Virus record (IMG/VR): IMGVR_UViG_3300010413_000045
Location: 1-53,562 of that record
Reading direction: 5' to 3' (one strand)
Origin: a virus
Taxonomy: Duplodnaviria > Caudoviricetes
Length of the DNA stretch: 53,562 nt
Notes under the pieces: model-generated
The model's input: only the letters and a program-made list of their open reading frames with translations
Databases searched by the model: none
Told to the model about the DNA's origin: nothing
In this document: positions 1 to 8,460 of the stretch, one piece after another
Layout: every line of letters begins with the position of its first letter
How positions within the stretch are numbered: the first letter of the stretch is position 1
Made by a program: the position numbers and the translations under genes

Positions 1-144
1 ATGCTAGAGGGGCATCAAACTTGATAGTAGCCACACACCACGGGAAACCCACGTAGGACAAAATGATAGAACCGATTGAATCAATGCGGTTCCGTTGAAA
101 GAGTTGATAAAAGCCATATAGAGATAATGCAATTAAGGAATAAA
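1..144 (+). repeat. Terminal direct repeat, copy 1 (circularisation overlap)
   Basis: atgctagagggg...aaggaataaa identical to 53419-53562. Confidence 0.97.
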
Positions 145-146
145 AA

Positions 147-260
147 ATGAAAATATTCTGCTACCACTGCCGGACAAAAAGAATAATGACTGAACTAATC
201 CGCACTGAAAAAGGCTGGTATTGCCCTAAGTGCGACAAGGAAAAGGAGGTTGTGAGGTGA
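147..260 (+). CDS. Zinc-ribbon microprotein (37 aa, MKIFCYHC...WYCPKC)
   Basis: Hand-translated; AAGGA RBS; two CxxC motifs; GTGA overlap with next gene. Confidence 0.65.
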   Translation: MKIFCYHCRTKRIMTELIRTEKGWYCPKCDKEKEVVR

Positions 261-472
261 AAAGAGAACCGATTGAAGATAGATGGAAAAGTCCGTTATG
301 GGAGAATAATCCCGAGCTTTTGGAATACACATCATCCCTTGAGCGCAAACTCAAGATTGCGGAGGATATTTTATACGCAATAAAAAGGACTGAAAGATAT
401 TTTCTGAAAGATGGGTATTATGAGTTGATCAATTCTACCAATGAAGCCCTGTCAGCTATAAAAGAGGAGTGA
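257..472 (+). CDS. Hypothetical protein
   Basis: GGAGG RBS before GTG 257; operon packing. Confidence 0.65.
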   Translation: MKREPIEDRWKSPLWENNPELLEYTSSLERKLKIAEDILYAIKRTERYFLKDGYYELINSTNEALSAIKEE

Positions 473-475
473 GAG

Positions 476-658
476 ATGGAATGGATTTTTATGTTATCCG
501 GGGTAAATAATATAATAATGGGTATCATTGGAGTATATAAAGGAGCAACGCAATTTACATATCTTAATCTTGTGACCGGTCTTATCTGGTTGGTCGTTGC
601 GTTTATTATCCAGAATTACAAAATTAGTCATATACAGGATGAAAATGATGAAGTGTGA
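476..658 (+). CDS. Small 2-TM membrane protein
   Basis: GAGGAG RBS; two hydrophobic segments. Confidence 0.6.
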   Translation: MEWIFMLSGVNNIIMGIIGVYKGATQFTYLNLVTGLIWLVVAFIIQNYKISHIQDENDEV

Positions 659-1316
659 GAGATGCGGAGGAAGCGGAAAATATTTTCAGGAAAATCCTGA
701 TTGTTCCAATTGCCCATCTAAAGATGAATGTGATGATTTTGGAAAACAATTTTGTACTGTTCCATCAGACTGCCCAAACTGTCTCGACACAGGCACCAAG
801 CCAGAACCGGGACAGGATGAGAGGATCAGGGATGATTTTGAAGAAGTAAATCCAGACGTTATATTGAATGAACATGACAAAGAATATTACAGCATTGAGG
901 TGCGGGCTTCGTTTGAGCATTTCAAAGCCGGCTACACCTCCCGCAATGCCGAAATCGAAGCGAAAGATAGGACAATAACTGATCTACAGAAACTCAGTTC
1001 AGAGCATGTTAGTTATCTTTCTGAGTTGTCGAAAAAAGAAACCGAAATCGAAGCCCTGAAAGCAGAGATTAAATCAATGCGCGATTTTCTAGAGCTTGTT
1101 GAAAGATGGAAAGATGCCTACCCAGAAGATGTTTTTCCTCCAATTGGAAAAGATCCATATTTTATGATGTGCAAAGTTGCAGGATTTTCTGTTGATAGGG
1201 TTTCGGCTCACGTCTTAAGGGGGATTGTTAAGAATTATTCAGATCAAGCATCAATATTTCTAAATAAATCACAGACTCAACCCCGCAATAATCCCCCCAA
1301 TAAATCCAATAACTAA
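645..1316 (+). CDS. Hypothetical protein with DnaJ-like Zn finger (CERCGGSG...CPNCLDTG) and coiled coil
   Basis: CxxCxGxG motifs; heptad region; start reassigned from 597. Confidence 0.7.
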   Translation: MMKCERCGGSGKYFQENPDCSNCPSKDECDDFGKQFCTVPSDCPNCLDTGTKPEPGQDERIRDDFEEVNPDVILNEHDKEYYSIEVRASFEHFKAGYTSRNAEIEAKDRTITDLQKLSSEHVSYLSELSKKETEIEALKAEIKSMRDFLELVERWKDAYPEDVFPPIGKDPYFMMCKVAGFSVDRVSAHVLRGIVKNYSDQASIFLNKSQTQPRNNPPNKSNN

Positions 1317-1748
1317 TCCTGAAGCGGTCCCGATAATGGCCGCTTTTTTCCATCTATTCAGCTTGATCAATATACGATTGTATTCTTCCTCTAATTTCTG
1401 ATACTGATCCGATATCGTCTGAAAGTCCGTTTGCAGTTTCTGAAAGTCCTGATTCAATCCCTGATAATCCAGATTCAATGACTGAAAGTCCTGATTCAAA
1501 GATTGATAGTCTGTTCTCCATTTCTGTATATCGATTTTCAAGGTCTGAATATTTACTTTCAAGCTCTCTATTTCGCTCGATTGCGCTGTCAAGCTCTGCT
1601 GTTTTAGACTCAAGCTGATCTCCAAGTTCGCCAACTTCTGATCTAAGCTTTTCAGCTCGTCTACCAGGACCAATACTTCCTGCGAAAAAGAAGACAGCAC
1701 ACAGAACAATAAGAACAACAATGTAAATAATCGTTTTTTTATCCACAT
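1269..1748 (-). CDS. Spanin-like protein A: signal peptide, long coiled coil, C-terminal Gly-rich TM
   Basis: MWIKKRLFTLLFLLFCVLSSFSQE N-terminus; heptads; AAIIGTASGLVIGFIGGIIAG; last gene of lysis cassette. Confidence 0.7.
   Translation of the reverse strand: MWIKKRLFTLLFLLFCVLSSFSQEVLVLVDELKSLDQKLANLEISLSLKQQSLTAQSSEIESLKVNIQTLKIDIQKWRTDYQSLNQDFQSLNLDYQGLNQDFQKLQTDFQTISDQYQKLEEEYNRILIKLNRWKKAAIIGTASGLVIGFIGGIIAGLSL
1354..1746 (-). CDS. Spanin-like protein B (i-spanin topology), fully nested in protein A in another frame
   Basis: MDKK + hydrophobic TM, then continuous coiled coil; GTG start 2 nt from ATG of A. Confidence 0.65.
   Translation of the reverse strand: MDKKTIIYIVVLIVLCAVFFFAGSIGPGRRAEKLRSEVGELGDQLESKTAELDSAIERNRELESKYSDLENRYTEMENRLSIFESGLSVIESGLSGIESGLSETANGLSDDIGSVSEIRGRIQSYIDQAE
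1420..1511 (-). repeat. Imperfect 21-bp tandem repeat (one heptad per unit in both frames)
   Basis: Units tgaaagtcctgattcaatccc / tgataatccagattcaatgac / tgaaagtcctgattcaaagat. Confidence 0.85.
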
Positions 1749-1750
1749 TG

Positions 1751-1996
1751 TCAGCCCTTTAGATCTTTGAGTATTTCCAGCCATTTAATAGCCTCTCGAC
1801 CGAATACGACTATCAGAAATGTTACGAGAAGAAGAACAACGGCGTACCATCCTGTAATTTTCCCAGTCCAGACAAGCCAACCGGAAAAAGCCATGCCAGC
1901 GAACTTTATAGATAACATTTTCCATATCAGAGTCGTTATCCTATTTGGGAGGTCCTTTACTGTCTCGACGAAGTTCATTTCCTTAATATCTTTCAT
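1751..1996 (-). CDS. Putative holin (2 TM)
   Basis: 81 aa, two TM segments, charged C-terminus, adjacent to endolysin. Confidence 0.7.
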   Translation of the reverse strand: MKDIKEMNFVETVKDLPNRITTLIWKMLSIKFAGMAFSGWLVWTGKITGWYAVVLLLVTFLIVVFGREAIKWLEILKDLKG

Positions 1997-2622
1997 TCTA
2001 TAGCTCCTTTTCCCTTATATACCTTTTCATTGCTCCATGAGCTATTTACCATAGCATTGGAAACCCAGCTTTTAAAAGACCTCCACAGGTCATCGGGGTC
2101 GTTATCATCCTCAAAAAAAGCGCGCGGACATGGAATAGCTTTTTCGTTGGTCAGATCGGAATGACGGAGTAAATCTGTTTCAGGATTGAGATTATATTTA
2201 TTGCATAGATTAGCTGCGATCTGAATTAGAGAGTTCATAGTGTCGGCATCGTACCCGCCTGTGTCCTCGATGTCATGGAGTCCGCATACACCGATAGTGT
2301 AATTGTTCGGAGAATCCTGGCTACTGCATACACGATCGCCGAAGAACTCCTTCGCCTTTTTCCGATATGTTTTGTGGCCGCAATGAATAGCCCTGTTCGG
2401 AGATTCGCATGTCTCGTAGATTTTATCGTGGGAAACAAGAAAATGATAATATGGCGCTGTTTCTCCGTTTGCTTTCATGGCTCTACCCCTGTTATCCATC
2501 CACCGCCATAGAGAATCGATATTCGGCAGACCCCGCGAAGCATCCCAGTGCACAATAATGGCCTTGACGGACTTCAGTTTTCTTCCGCCGGTCCAGGAAA
2601 ATAATTTTTTTTGGTAATCCAT
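1993..2622 (-). CDS. Endolysin, N-acetylmuramoyl-L-alanine amidase (Amidase_2)
   Basis: IIVHW, YHFLV, AIHCG, NNYTIGV, LLRHSD, PCP zinc-amidase motifs. Confidence 0.9.
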   Translation of the reverse strand: MDYQKKLFSWTGGRKLKSVKAIIVHWDASRGLPNIDSLWRWMDNRGRAMKANGETAPYYHFLVSHDKIYETCESPNRAIHCGHKTYRKKAKEFFGDRVCSSQDSPNNYTIGVCGLHDIEDTGGYDADTMNSLIQIAANLCNKYNLNPETDLLRHSDLTNEKAIPCPRAFFEDDNDPDDLWRSFKSWVSNAMVNSSWSNEKVYKGKGAIE

Positions 2623-2643
2623 GGCGTTCGACCCCCTTTAGGA

Positions 2644-3036
2644 TTAAATAAAATATACTACTATTCCGGTTACAGTAGCTACGACAGCACACATCCCGGC
2701 AACTTTACCCCATGTCAATTCTGATTCGGCCCTTTTGATTCCTCCGACGGTATCCCTTCCGGATCGATCTCCTTCATCTCTCGATTGTCTTTGCTCAAGA
2801 GCGCCAACACGATCACGCATTGATCTTTCTTTTTCATACAGATCCGCTACGTCATTACGAAGCCTGGTGACATCATCTTTAACCGGAGAGACGTGTAGGT
2901 TGATATATTCTTTGATATCTAATGTCGTATTGGCGAGCATGGAGCTCATCTGCGATATGACTTCTTTATTGCCTTCTTGTATGGCAAGCAATGTTTCAGC
3001 ATCCACGTTGCTAATCCCCTTTTTTGGCACTGACAT
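2644..3036 (-). CDS. Lysis-cassette coiled-coil protein with C-terminal TM (holin/antiholin-like)
   Basis: Coiled coil plus C-terminal hydrophobic helix; precedes endolysin. Confidence 0.6.
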   Translation of the reverse strand: MSVPKKGISNVDAETLLAIQEGNKEVISQMSSMLANTTLDIKEYINLHVSPVKDDVTRLRNDVADLYEKERSMRDRVGALEQRQSRDEGDRSGRDTVGGIKRAESELTWGKVAGMCAVVATVTGIVVYFI

Positions 3037-3064
3037 ATCGTTCGTTCCCCTTGAGTCTCAATAT

Positions 3065-3106
3065 AAAAAATCCGGGCAGAACGTGGTAAAAACGAAGCTG
3101 CCCGGA
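3065..3106 (-). terminator. Intrinsic terminator upstream of lysis genes
   Basis: TCCGGGCAG-18nt-CTGCCCGGA then TTTTTT on minus strand. Confidence 0.7.
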
Positions 3107-3119
3107 CGGGATCGAACAA

Positions 3120-3842
3120 CTATAATTTATCACGTCTATTCGCCACCTTTTCGCATTCTGTCTTTTCCGACGTAATTATGCCGTTTTCAAACAACCAGAA
3201 CATAAACTGATCCTGGGTTTTGAATCCATGTTTATTTCTTTCATCCCTCACTTTCCTCGGTAGATTCTGATCAGTTACATTTAATTCTAGTTTATCATTG
3301 ATTTCTGGCCAATCAAAGCCCTTTGATCTCAGTTGTAGGATATCGACGACATCGGAGTTAACCATTGAGGGGTATGGCGTTTTATGTTCAGTATACTTTT
3401 TATCCGCGTTTTTCGACGGATGTATGTAATGGTGGTATAGGACAAAAAGAAATGAGGATCCAGCTAAATATGTCGCTGCCTGAGCGGGATTTTGTCCAGT
3501 AAATGTAAACCTTATAATAAAAAGAAGTAACGATACCCCGGAATATAAATAGATTCTTTTTGGGTTTTTTGACAAATAAATTGAATATGTGAGCAATGAT
3601 GTTCCGGCCAAGCTCGAATCCCCATTAAACCAAAATCCAACCATCGACAAGATCAATAAAATCAAAGATATTTTTTCATTTTTTAATTCTTTCTTTACAA
3701 ACCAAAACAGGAATATTATAGGAATGAAAATTATCGAGTAAAATAAATAATACTCGAAATCTTCACCCCTATATAATCCATTAACGAGATTCCCTACCGA
3801 AATTATTGATAGAGGTATACTGAGTTTTTGTCCGATCCTCAT
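3120..3842 (-). CDS. Multi-pass membrane protein with C-terminal LuxR-like HTH
   Basis: ~5-6 TM segments then DVVDILQLRSKGFDWPEINDKL...RNKHGFKTQDQFMFWLFENGII. Confidence 0.7.
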   Translation of the reverse strand: MRIGQKLSIPLSIISVGNLVNGLYRGEDFEYYLFYSIIFIPIIFLFWFVKKELKNEKISLILLILSMVGFWFNGDSSLAGTSLLTYSIYLSKNPKRIYLYSGVSLLLFIIRFTFTGQNPAQAATYLAGSSFLFVLYHHYIHPSKNADKKYTEHKTPYPSMVNSDVVDILQLRSKGFDWPEINDKLELNVTDQNLPRKVRDERNKHGFKTQDQFMFWLFENGIITSEKTECEKVANRRDKL

Positions 3843-3855
3843 ATTTCCTCATAGC

Positions 3856-4194
3856 CTAGCCCTTCCACCAAGCCCTTGATGATACTTTAGCACCGGAAGC
3901 CTTTAAAAGTCCATCTATTTTATTCAATTCTTCACTTCTGTCCTCGTGGTGATTCTTTATCCTATGGGATGCAATCATGTATGCGAACACTCGAATTGCT
4001 GTTTCAATCGCTTCGTGCATCATGTCCTTGGCTCTATCCATGCACGTAGAAAACGATTCCTGAGACATATATCCAGGCTCTTTGACTTCCCTCATTAGTG
4101 TTTTCCATAGTCCTTTCCGAATCCATTTCATCAATACGACGAAAATTATTAAGATATGAAAGAACTCCAGAATATTGTTGATAATTTTTTTCAT
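3856..4194 (-). CDS. Hypothetical protein, N-terminal TM
   Basis: GGAG RBS; hydrophobic N-terminus. Confidence 0.65.
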   Translation of the reverse strand: MKKIINNILEFFHILIIFVVLMKWIRKGLWKTLMREVKEPGYMSQESFSTCMDRAKDMMHEAIETAIRVFAYMIASHRIKNHHEDRSEELNKIDGLLKASGAKVSSRAWWKG

Positions 4195-4212
4195 TTTATT
4201 CTCCGTGTGTGT

Positions 4213-5055
4213 TTAATATCCGGGCTGACCTATTGCCGTCAGATAGGCATCGCTAAAACGGTCTTCGTTTACAAGCATTATATCAAATGTTCCCCACGCC
4301 CCCATGTTGTCGGCACTGACGCTGACTACTGTTAGTTTTATATCGGTCTTTGCCGGTATGACATCAGCAAACGACCTCCTGTCTTTATAGTTGCTACTAC
4401 CGGCCAACATCAAAGTGATTACTTTTTTAACTGTAAATACCTTGCCAAACCTTCTGCTTTTATAGTGTGCTCTCAATAATTGTTGATCTGTTGACGGTAA
4501 AGTGTCAAGTTCCATTCCGATCTCGCCACGATACAAAAATCCTACTTTACCGGCAGGTATGGTATACACAGCCATAAGGGTCTGATTATTCCCATCGTCC
4601 ACCACCGCCTTTACTACCGATGCGCCGGATGGTACTCCTAAAGTAGCTTCTGTTCCCGAGTACACATAAACCGTTCCTGCAAAATTAGAAATACCATTAT
4701 TTTCAATTCTATAAACACGGATCAGTGGTGTGCTTAAAGCAACTCTAGTTTGCCCCTGTAAAGTGACTACCTGTCTCGTGTCTGCCCAGTTCTCATCTAA
4801 TCCATAAACGACTATTTCTTGAGTGTCTGAATTATTGCTAGAACTTGCTGATACTATATCAGCTGTCGAGCTGAATGGATATTCGCCTCCACCCTCCCAG
4901 ATATCTTCAGGGACTGACGCTATATCAATATCAAGATTTACTCCAAACTTGTCTATGACGCTGTACCCCGGAAGAAATCCCATATTGACCGCAGTAACAA
5001 TATCAAAACTAGACTCAATCGAAGGCAATTGAGCCCTTATTATTTTTTCACCCAT
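4213..5055 (-). CDS. Conserved phage beta-rich protein, probably virion-associated
   Basis: KFGxNxDID...IWEGGGEY, GLDENW, QTLMAVYTIPAG pattern recalled from uncharacterised phage proteins; follows tail tube. Confidence 0.6.
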   Translation of the reverse strand: MGEKIIRAQLPSIESSFDIVTAVNMGFLPGYSVIDKFGVNLDIDIASVPEDIWEGGGEYPFSSTADIVSASSSNNSDTQEIVVYGLDENWADTRQVVTLQGQTRVALSTPLIRVYRIENNGISNFAGTVYVYSGTEATLGVPSGASVVKAVVDDGNNQTLMAVYTIPAGKVGFLYRGEIGMELDTLPSTDQQLLRAHYKSRRFGKVFTVKKVITLMLAGSSNYKDRRSFADVIPAKTDIKLTVVSVSADNMGAWGTFDIMLVNEDRFSDAYLTAIGQPGY

Positions 5056-5094
5056 AAATCACTCCATATGGATTGTCCGACCCCATACAAAGTG

Positions 5095-5113
5095 AAAACC
5101 GCCCGAAGGCGGC
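5095..5113 (-). terminator. Terminator after tail tube
   Basis: GCCGCC-TTCG-GGCGGT-TTT. Confidence 0.7.
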
Positions 5114-5120
5114 CCCGAAA

Positions 5121-5516
5121 TTAGGTGTTATCCCCGAGAGGATCACCCTGGAACTCGACGGTTACAACACCATCGGCTGAATCTTCAAAATCAGGATCGT
5201 TTGTCACACTCATAAAAGTACCGACAATCGGACCGATACCGGACTGAACGCCCTTAACGACATTCGCCCCGATATTCTGTTTCCATCCTCTGATCAAAGA
5301 CTCTGTATCCGGCGTGTTGTACATATCGAAGGAAATCATGGAGACTTTTGTCTCTGCATCCTCTGTATGAATTGTTCGACCTCCACCGCCCCCTGTAGAG
5401 GCAAATCGGACAGTCGTCTCACCGGCTCCTATTTTATGTTTGGATGAGTTGGGAACAATCTCTATAGGGACATCATTCACCGACCATCCTGGTGTGCTTC
5501 GTGCAATATTAGACAT
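5121..5516 (-). CDS. Tail tube protein
   Basis: 131 aa directly after sheath; C-terminal ADGVVTVEFQG. Confidence 0.85.
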   Translation of the reverse strand: MSNIARSTPGWSVNDVPIEIVPNSSKHKIGAGETTVRFASTGGGGGRTIHTEDAETKVSMISFDMYNTPDTESLIRGWKQNIGANVVKGVQSGIGPIVGTFMSVTNDPDFEDSADGVVTVEFQGDPLGDNT

Positions 5517-5519
5517 TTA

Positions 5520-7094
5520 TCAGCCTCCCACAGAAAACGCCAGCTGGAATGTGACGTTGCCTTCTCTAAATTGCGTTACAATCGGGAGATCCCCGCTTGA
5601 TGTTACAGAACCTGTCGCCAGATCGAGCGTTACCGTCAGGTTGGAAAAGAAATATTTTTCAGCCTCACCGCCTGCCTGAGTAAGAGTGTAATCGGGACCG
5701 GCCAGAAGGTTGTAAATCTCGGCGTATTTCGCTTTCATTCCGTCCTGATTTTCAATCGCTCTTCCGGCAACCTTAACGCCGCTTGTCAACCTGAATTGTT
5801 TGTATGTGGCTTTCAGTGTCTTGAAGAAAATCTCCAAAGCAAGGAATCCCGTTCGGATATAGTTAAGATATTTGAAAGAGGTATTCGGCAGCCCCTGGGC
5901 GTCGAATTTATAGGTGCTGATAACCTCACCCATGATCGTAGTCGCGGCATTTTCATCCACACCGATAATGGTGTATCCATCGTCAGCCAGGTTCTGCTGC
6001 TCCTGCTCATCAAAAAGCAAATCGGGAGGAGTCGAAGAAGTCTGCGCAAGAGGGGTACTGTAGTATCCCAGTGAAGCCGTACCGCCGCCGCCTACCGTAT
6101 CGAGAGGCGCTGATGTTGCGACATACTGTCCTATAGGAACACCGTCAGTAAGCCTCAATCCTTCAATGGCCGCAAACTCGACAGTCATCCAGTCATCAGG
6201 CTCAATAATCGCCCGCGCTCCGTCTACAACCCTGTTACCCATAAAGAACAGGTTCGGGGAGTTGAGAGGCGTTACGCCGTTAACCTTACTTGATATATTC
6301 GCCTCGGTATCGGAATAACCGATGTATGCGACTCCATGGAGAAAGGCGTTATTGATAACGTTTCTACCCTCAAGAAAGCTCTTGACTTCTGTGAAATTAT
6401 CCTGCCACGGCCACGCTATAACATGAAATCTCGTTGAAGACACATTGTCGAAAATCCCTGTAACAGTCGGGTCGGTAGCGCCAGAAGCGAACTGTGAGCG
6501 GTCTTCTTTGGTGTTTCCGTTAACTGTGATACCAGCAGGCACGTTGGTGTGCTTAACCGTATATTTATTTCCGAGCGTACCGGAATCTGTCGCTGTCAGA
6601 GTAACGGTTCCAGAAAGGTTGTCAACCGAAGTCGCGGGGAATGTTGAAGCGAGAGCGTCAAGCCCGGCTTTTACTTTGGTAGCAACATCCGTTCCGGTAT
6701 CGCCTGTCTCGATGGAAACATTGAAAGAATACTGATATTTACTGATCGCCTCGACGGTCATCACTCTGTCTTCGTTCGCGGCTCCGGCGTATACAATCGC
6801 ATTGGAAGCGGCTGTTCCGGCAACTGGATCGAGAGCTATAACCCAAATCGTGAATCGGGATTTACAGATACTTCTTGCTTTGACGATCTGATGAGTCAGA
6901 TAAGACTTGCTCCCGAAAAGGCTTTTTACTTCGGCGTCGGTCATAGACTCGACATCTTGGTAAGTTGCCCCCGAAGTGGCTCCCCCGTCAGATCCGATCT
7001 GACCTGTGATCATCATCCGAAAAGGATCGGGACCGATCAGGCCAGCGGCAGCGAGGAGCTGCATAAATAAACGTGGTACTGAGGTAACACCCAT
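5520..7094 (-). CDS. Tail sheath protein (Mu gpL-like)
   Basis: 524 aa; ITGQ, LFGSKSYL, VTLTAxxxGxLGN, GATDP motifs. Confidence 0.9.
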   Translation of the reverse strand: MGVTSVPRLFMQLLAAAGLIGPDPFRMMITGQIGSDGGATSGATYQDVESMTDAEVKSLFGSKSYLTHQIVKARSICKSRFTIWVIALDPVAGTAASNAIVYAGAANEDRVMTVEAISKYQYSFNVSIETGDTGTDVATKVKAGLDALASTFPATSVDNLSGTVTLTATDSGTLGNKYTVKHTNVPAGITVNGNTKEDRSQFASGATDPTVTGIFDNVSSTRFHVIAWPWQDNFTEVKSFLEGRNVINNAFLHGVAYIGYSDTEANISSKVNGVTPLNSPNLFFMGNRVVDGARAIIEPDDWMTVEFAAIEGLRLTDGVPIGQYVATSAPLDTVGGGGTASLGYYSTPLAQTSSTPPDLLFDEQEQQNLADDGYTIIGVDENAATTIMGEVISTYKFDAQGLPNTSFKYLNYIRTGFLALEIFFKTLKATYKQFRLTSGVKVAGRAIENQDGMKAKYAEIYNLLAGPDYTLTQAGGEAEKYFFSNLTVTLDLATGSVTSSGDLPIVTQFREGNVTFQLAFSVGG

Positions 7095-7303
7095 CAGTTA
7101 TCCCCCTTGTTTTCAGCGGAAAAATCCGGCTGCATTTTATTTTTGGCGTCGTCTTTCGCCTTTTTGGATTTGGAGGATTCAGGAGCCATTTTCTCAAGGC
7201 AGCCGCCCTCCCTCAGTTTTCTGCGAACTTCACGGGACTCTTCGAGGATTTCTCCTACAGTGTGTTTGCCCCATGCTTTCGTGACTTTGTATTTATCTGC
7301 CAT
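7094..7303 (-). CDS. Small basic pre-sheath protein
   Basis: AAGGAG RBS; position typical of Mu-like tails. Confidence 0.65.
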   Translation of the reverse strand: MADKYKVTKAWGKHTVGEILEESREVRRKLREGGCLEKMAPESSKSKKAKDDAKNKMQPDFSAENKGDN

Positions 7304-7330
7304 TTTTAATGACTCCTTATGGTTAATTCG

Positions 7331-7359
7331 ATTATACACCTATAAAAATCACGTTTCAA
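7331..7359 (-). promoter_or_regulatory. Sigma70-type promoter for sheath/tube
   Basis: TTGAAA-N17-TATAAT. Confidence 0.7.
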
Positions 7360-7362
7360 GTG

Positions 7363-8460
7363 CTATGCGTCTTCATCCAAGTCCTCACTTGATCCGGCCT
7401 GAATCTCGTTAAAGACAATACCTGTGTCACGATAGGCTCTGGACTCAATAAATGTTGTCAGGAACTCCTGCTCTGTTGTCACTTCGAAATTGTATTCAAA
7501 ATCATACACGTGGGAATAATAGGCTTTATCATACCGACCGGCATCATGGCCTATAAGTGACGTGAGGTATTCAGTATTCCCGAAATCGTCAAAGGAAATA
7601 CCAGAGGCAACGGAGAGCATAAGCTGGTATATTTCATCATATGACAACTTGACAGCTAAAGCCGCCGCCGTTTCATTCGCCGTAGGGTAAAATACCACTA
7701 TTGAAAAAGTATTGATATTCAGCGGTCTGTCGGTCTGTCCGGCGACATTTAATTGATTCGCATCATTTTTCAGCGTCCTGGATTTTGATGTAACTGAGCC
7801 TCCCATAATTACATACATCCATAATTCATCTTTGGAGGCTACGGGCGTGTAAAGGGAAACGGCGCGATCAGCATCAACCGCTACGGCTATACGGAAATCT
7901 TTAGACCGGATATACCCCGGAGGGACAGTGCCCGGTGTTAATTCAGCAATTCCGATAAGATCGATTTCATAGGTATCCTGATCAATTACTCGGGTAATAT
8001 TCTTTAACCCATTGATCCCGATTTCTCTGATTTCCCGTAAAACTTCATTGCCATTCAATACAGGCTGTGAGGTTCCCGATATTTCAAAAGTTTTTCTATC
8101 TGGAACAGACAACAAAGGGAACTCACCATTAAATTGTGAATCGGTGAATCCTTCAAGTGTTATAGTCTCAATATTTATGTAATCCTCAGTCAGATCGTGA
8201 GGCAGAGAAGTTGTGAAGCGTATCGTATCATCAGCCGAATTATATACCGCCGCCGTGATAGGATTATCGACTCGGCCACGAGACAAGACAACCGGATCAC
8301 CGGCAGATAGTCCGTGAAGAGTATCGGTAATTCTCAAAACCTGTGGATCCCCATCAACAATGACAGCCGTTATATCAAGGTTCGTTGAGAATCGGCTCGA
8401 CAGCACAGGAACGTACTTCTGTAAATGCGTTAAAATATCATAGGGAGAATAAAAGCTCAT
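7363..8460 (-). CDS. Tail terminator/neck protein with inserted beta-domains
   Basis: Position before sheath; HGLSAGDPVVL and FNGEF...TFEI inserts. Confidence 0.65.
   Translation of the reverse strand: MSFYSPYDILTHLQKYVPVLSSRFSTNLDITAVIVDGDPQVLRITDTLHGLSAGDPVVLSRGRVDNPITAAVYNSADDTIRFTTSLPHDLTEDYINIETITLEGFTDSQFNGEFPLLSVPDRKTFEISGTSQPVLNGNEVLREIREIGINGLKNITRVIDQDTYEIDLIGIAELTPGTVPPGYIRSKDFRIAVAVDADRAVSLYTPVASKDELWMYVIMGGSVTSKSRTLKNDANQLNVAGQTDRPLNINTFSIVVFYPTANETAAALAVKLSYDEIYQLMLSVASGISFDDFGNTEYLTSLIGHDAGRYDKAYYSHVYDFEYNFEVTTEQEFLTTFIESRAYRDTGIVFNEIQAGSSEDLDEDA

Noticed and set aside
1-144. 144-bp terminal repeat as a biological DTR or att site
   Set aside because: It begins inside a coding region and is more simply an assembler circularisation overlap; cannot be distinguished without reads
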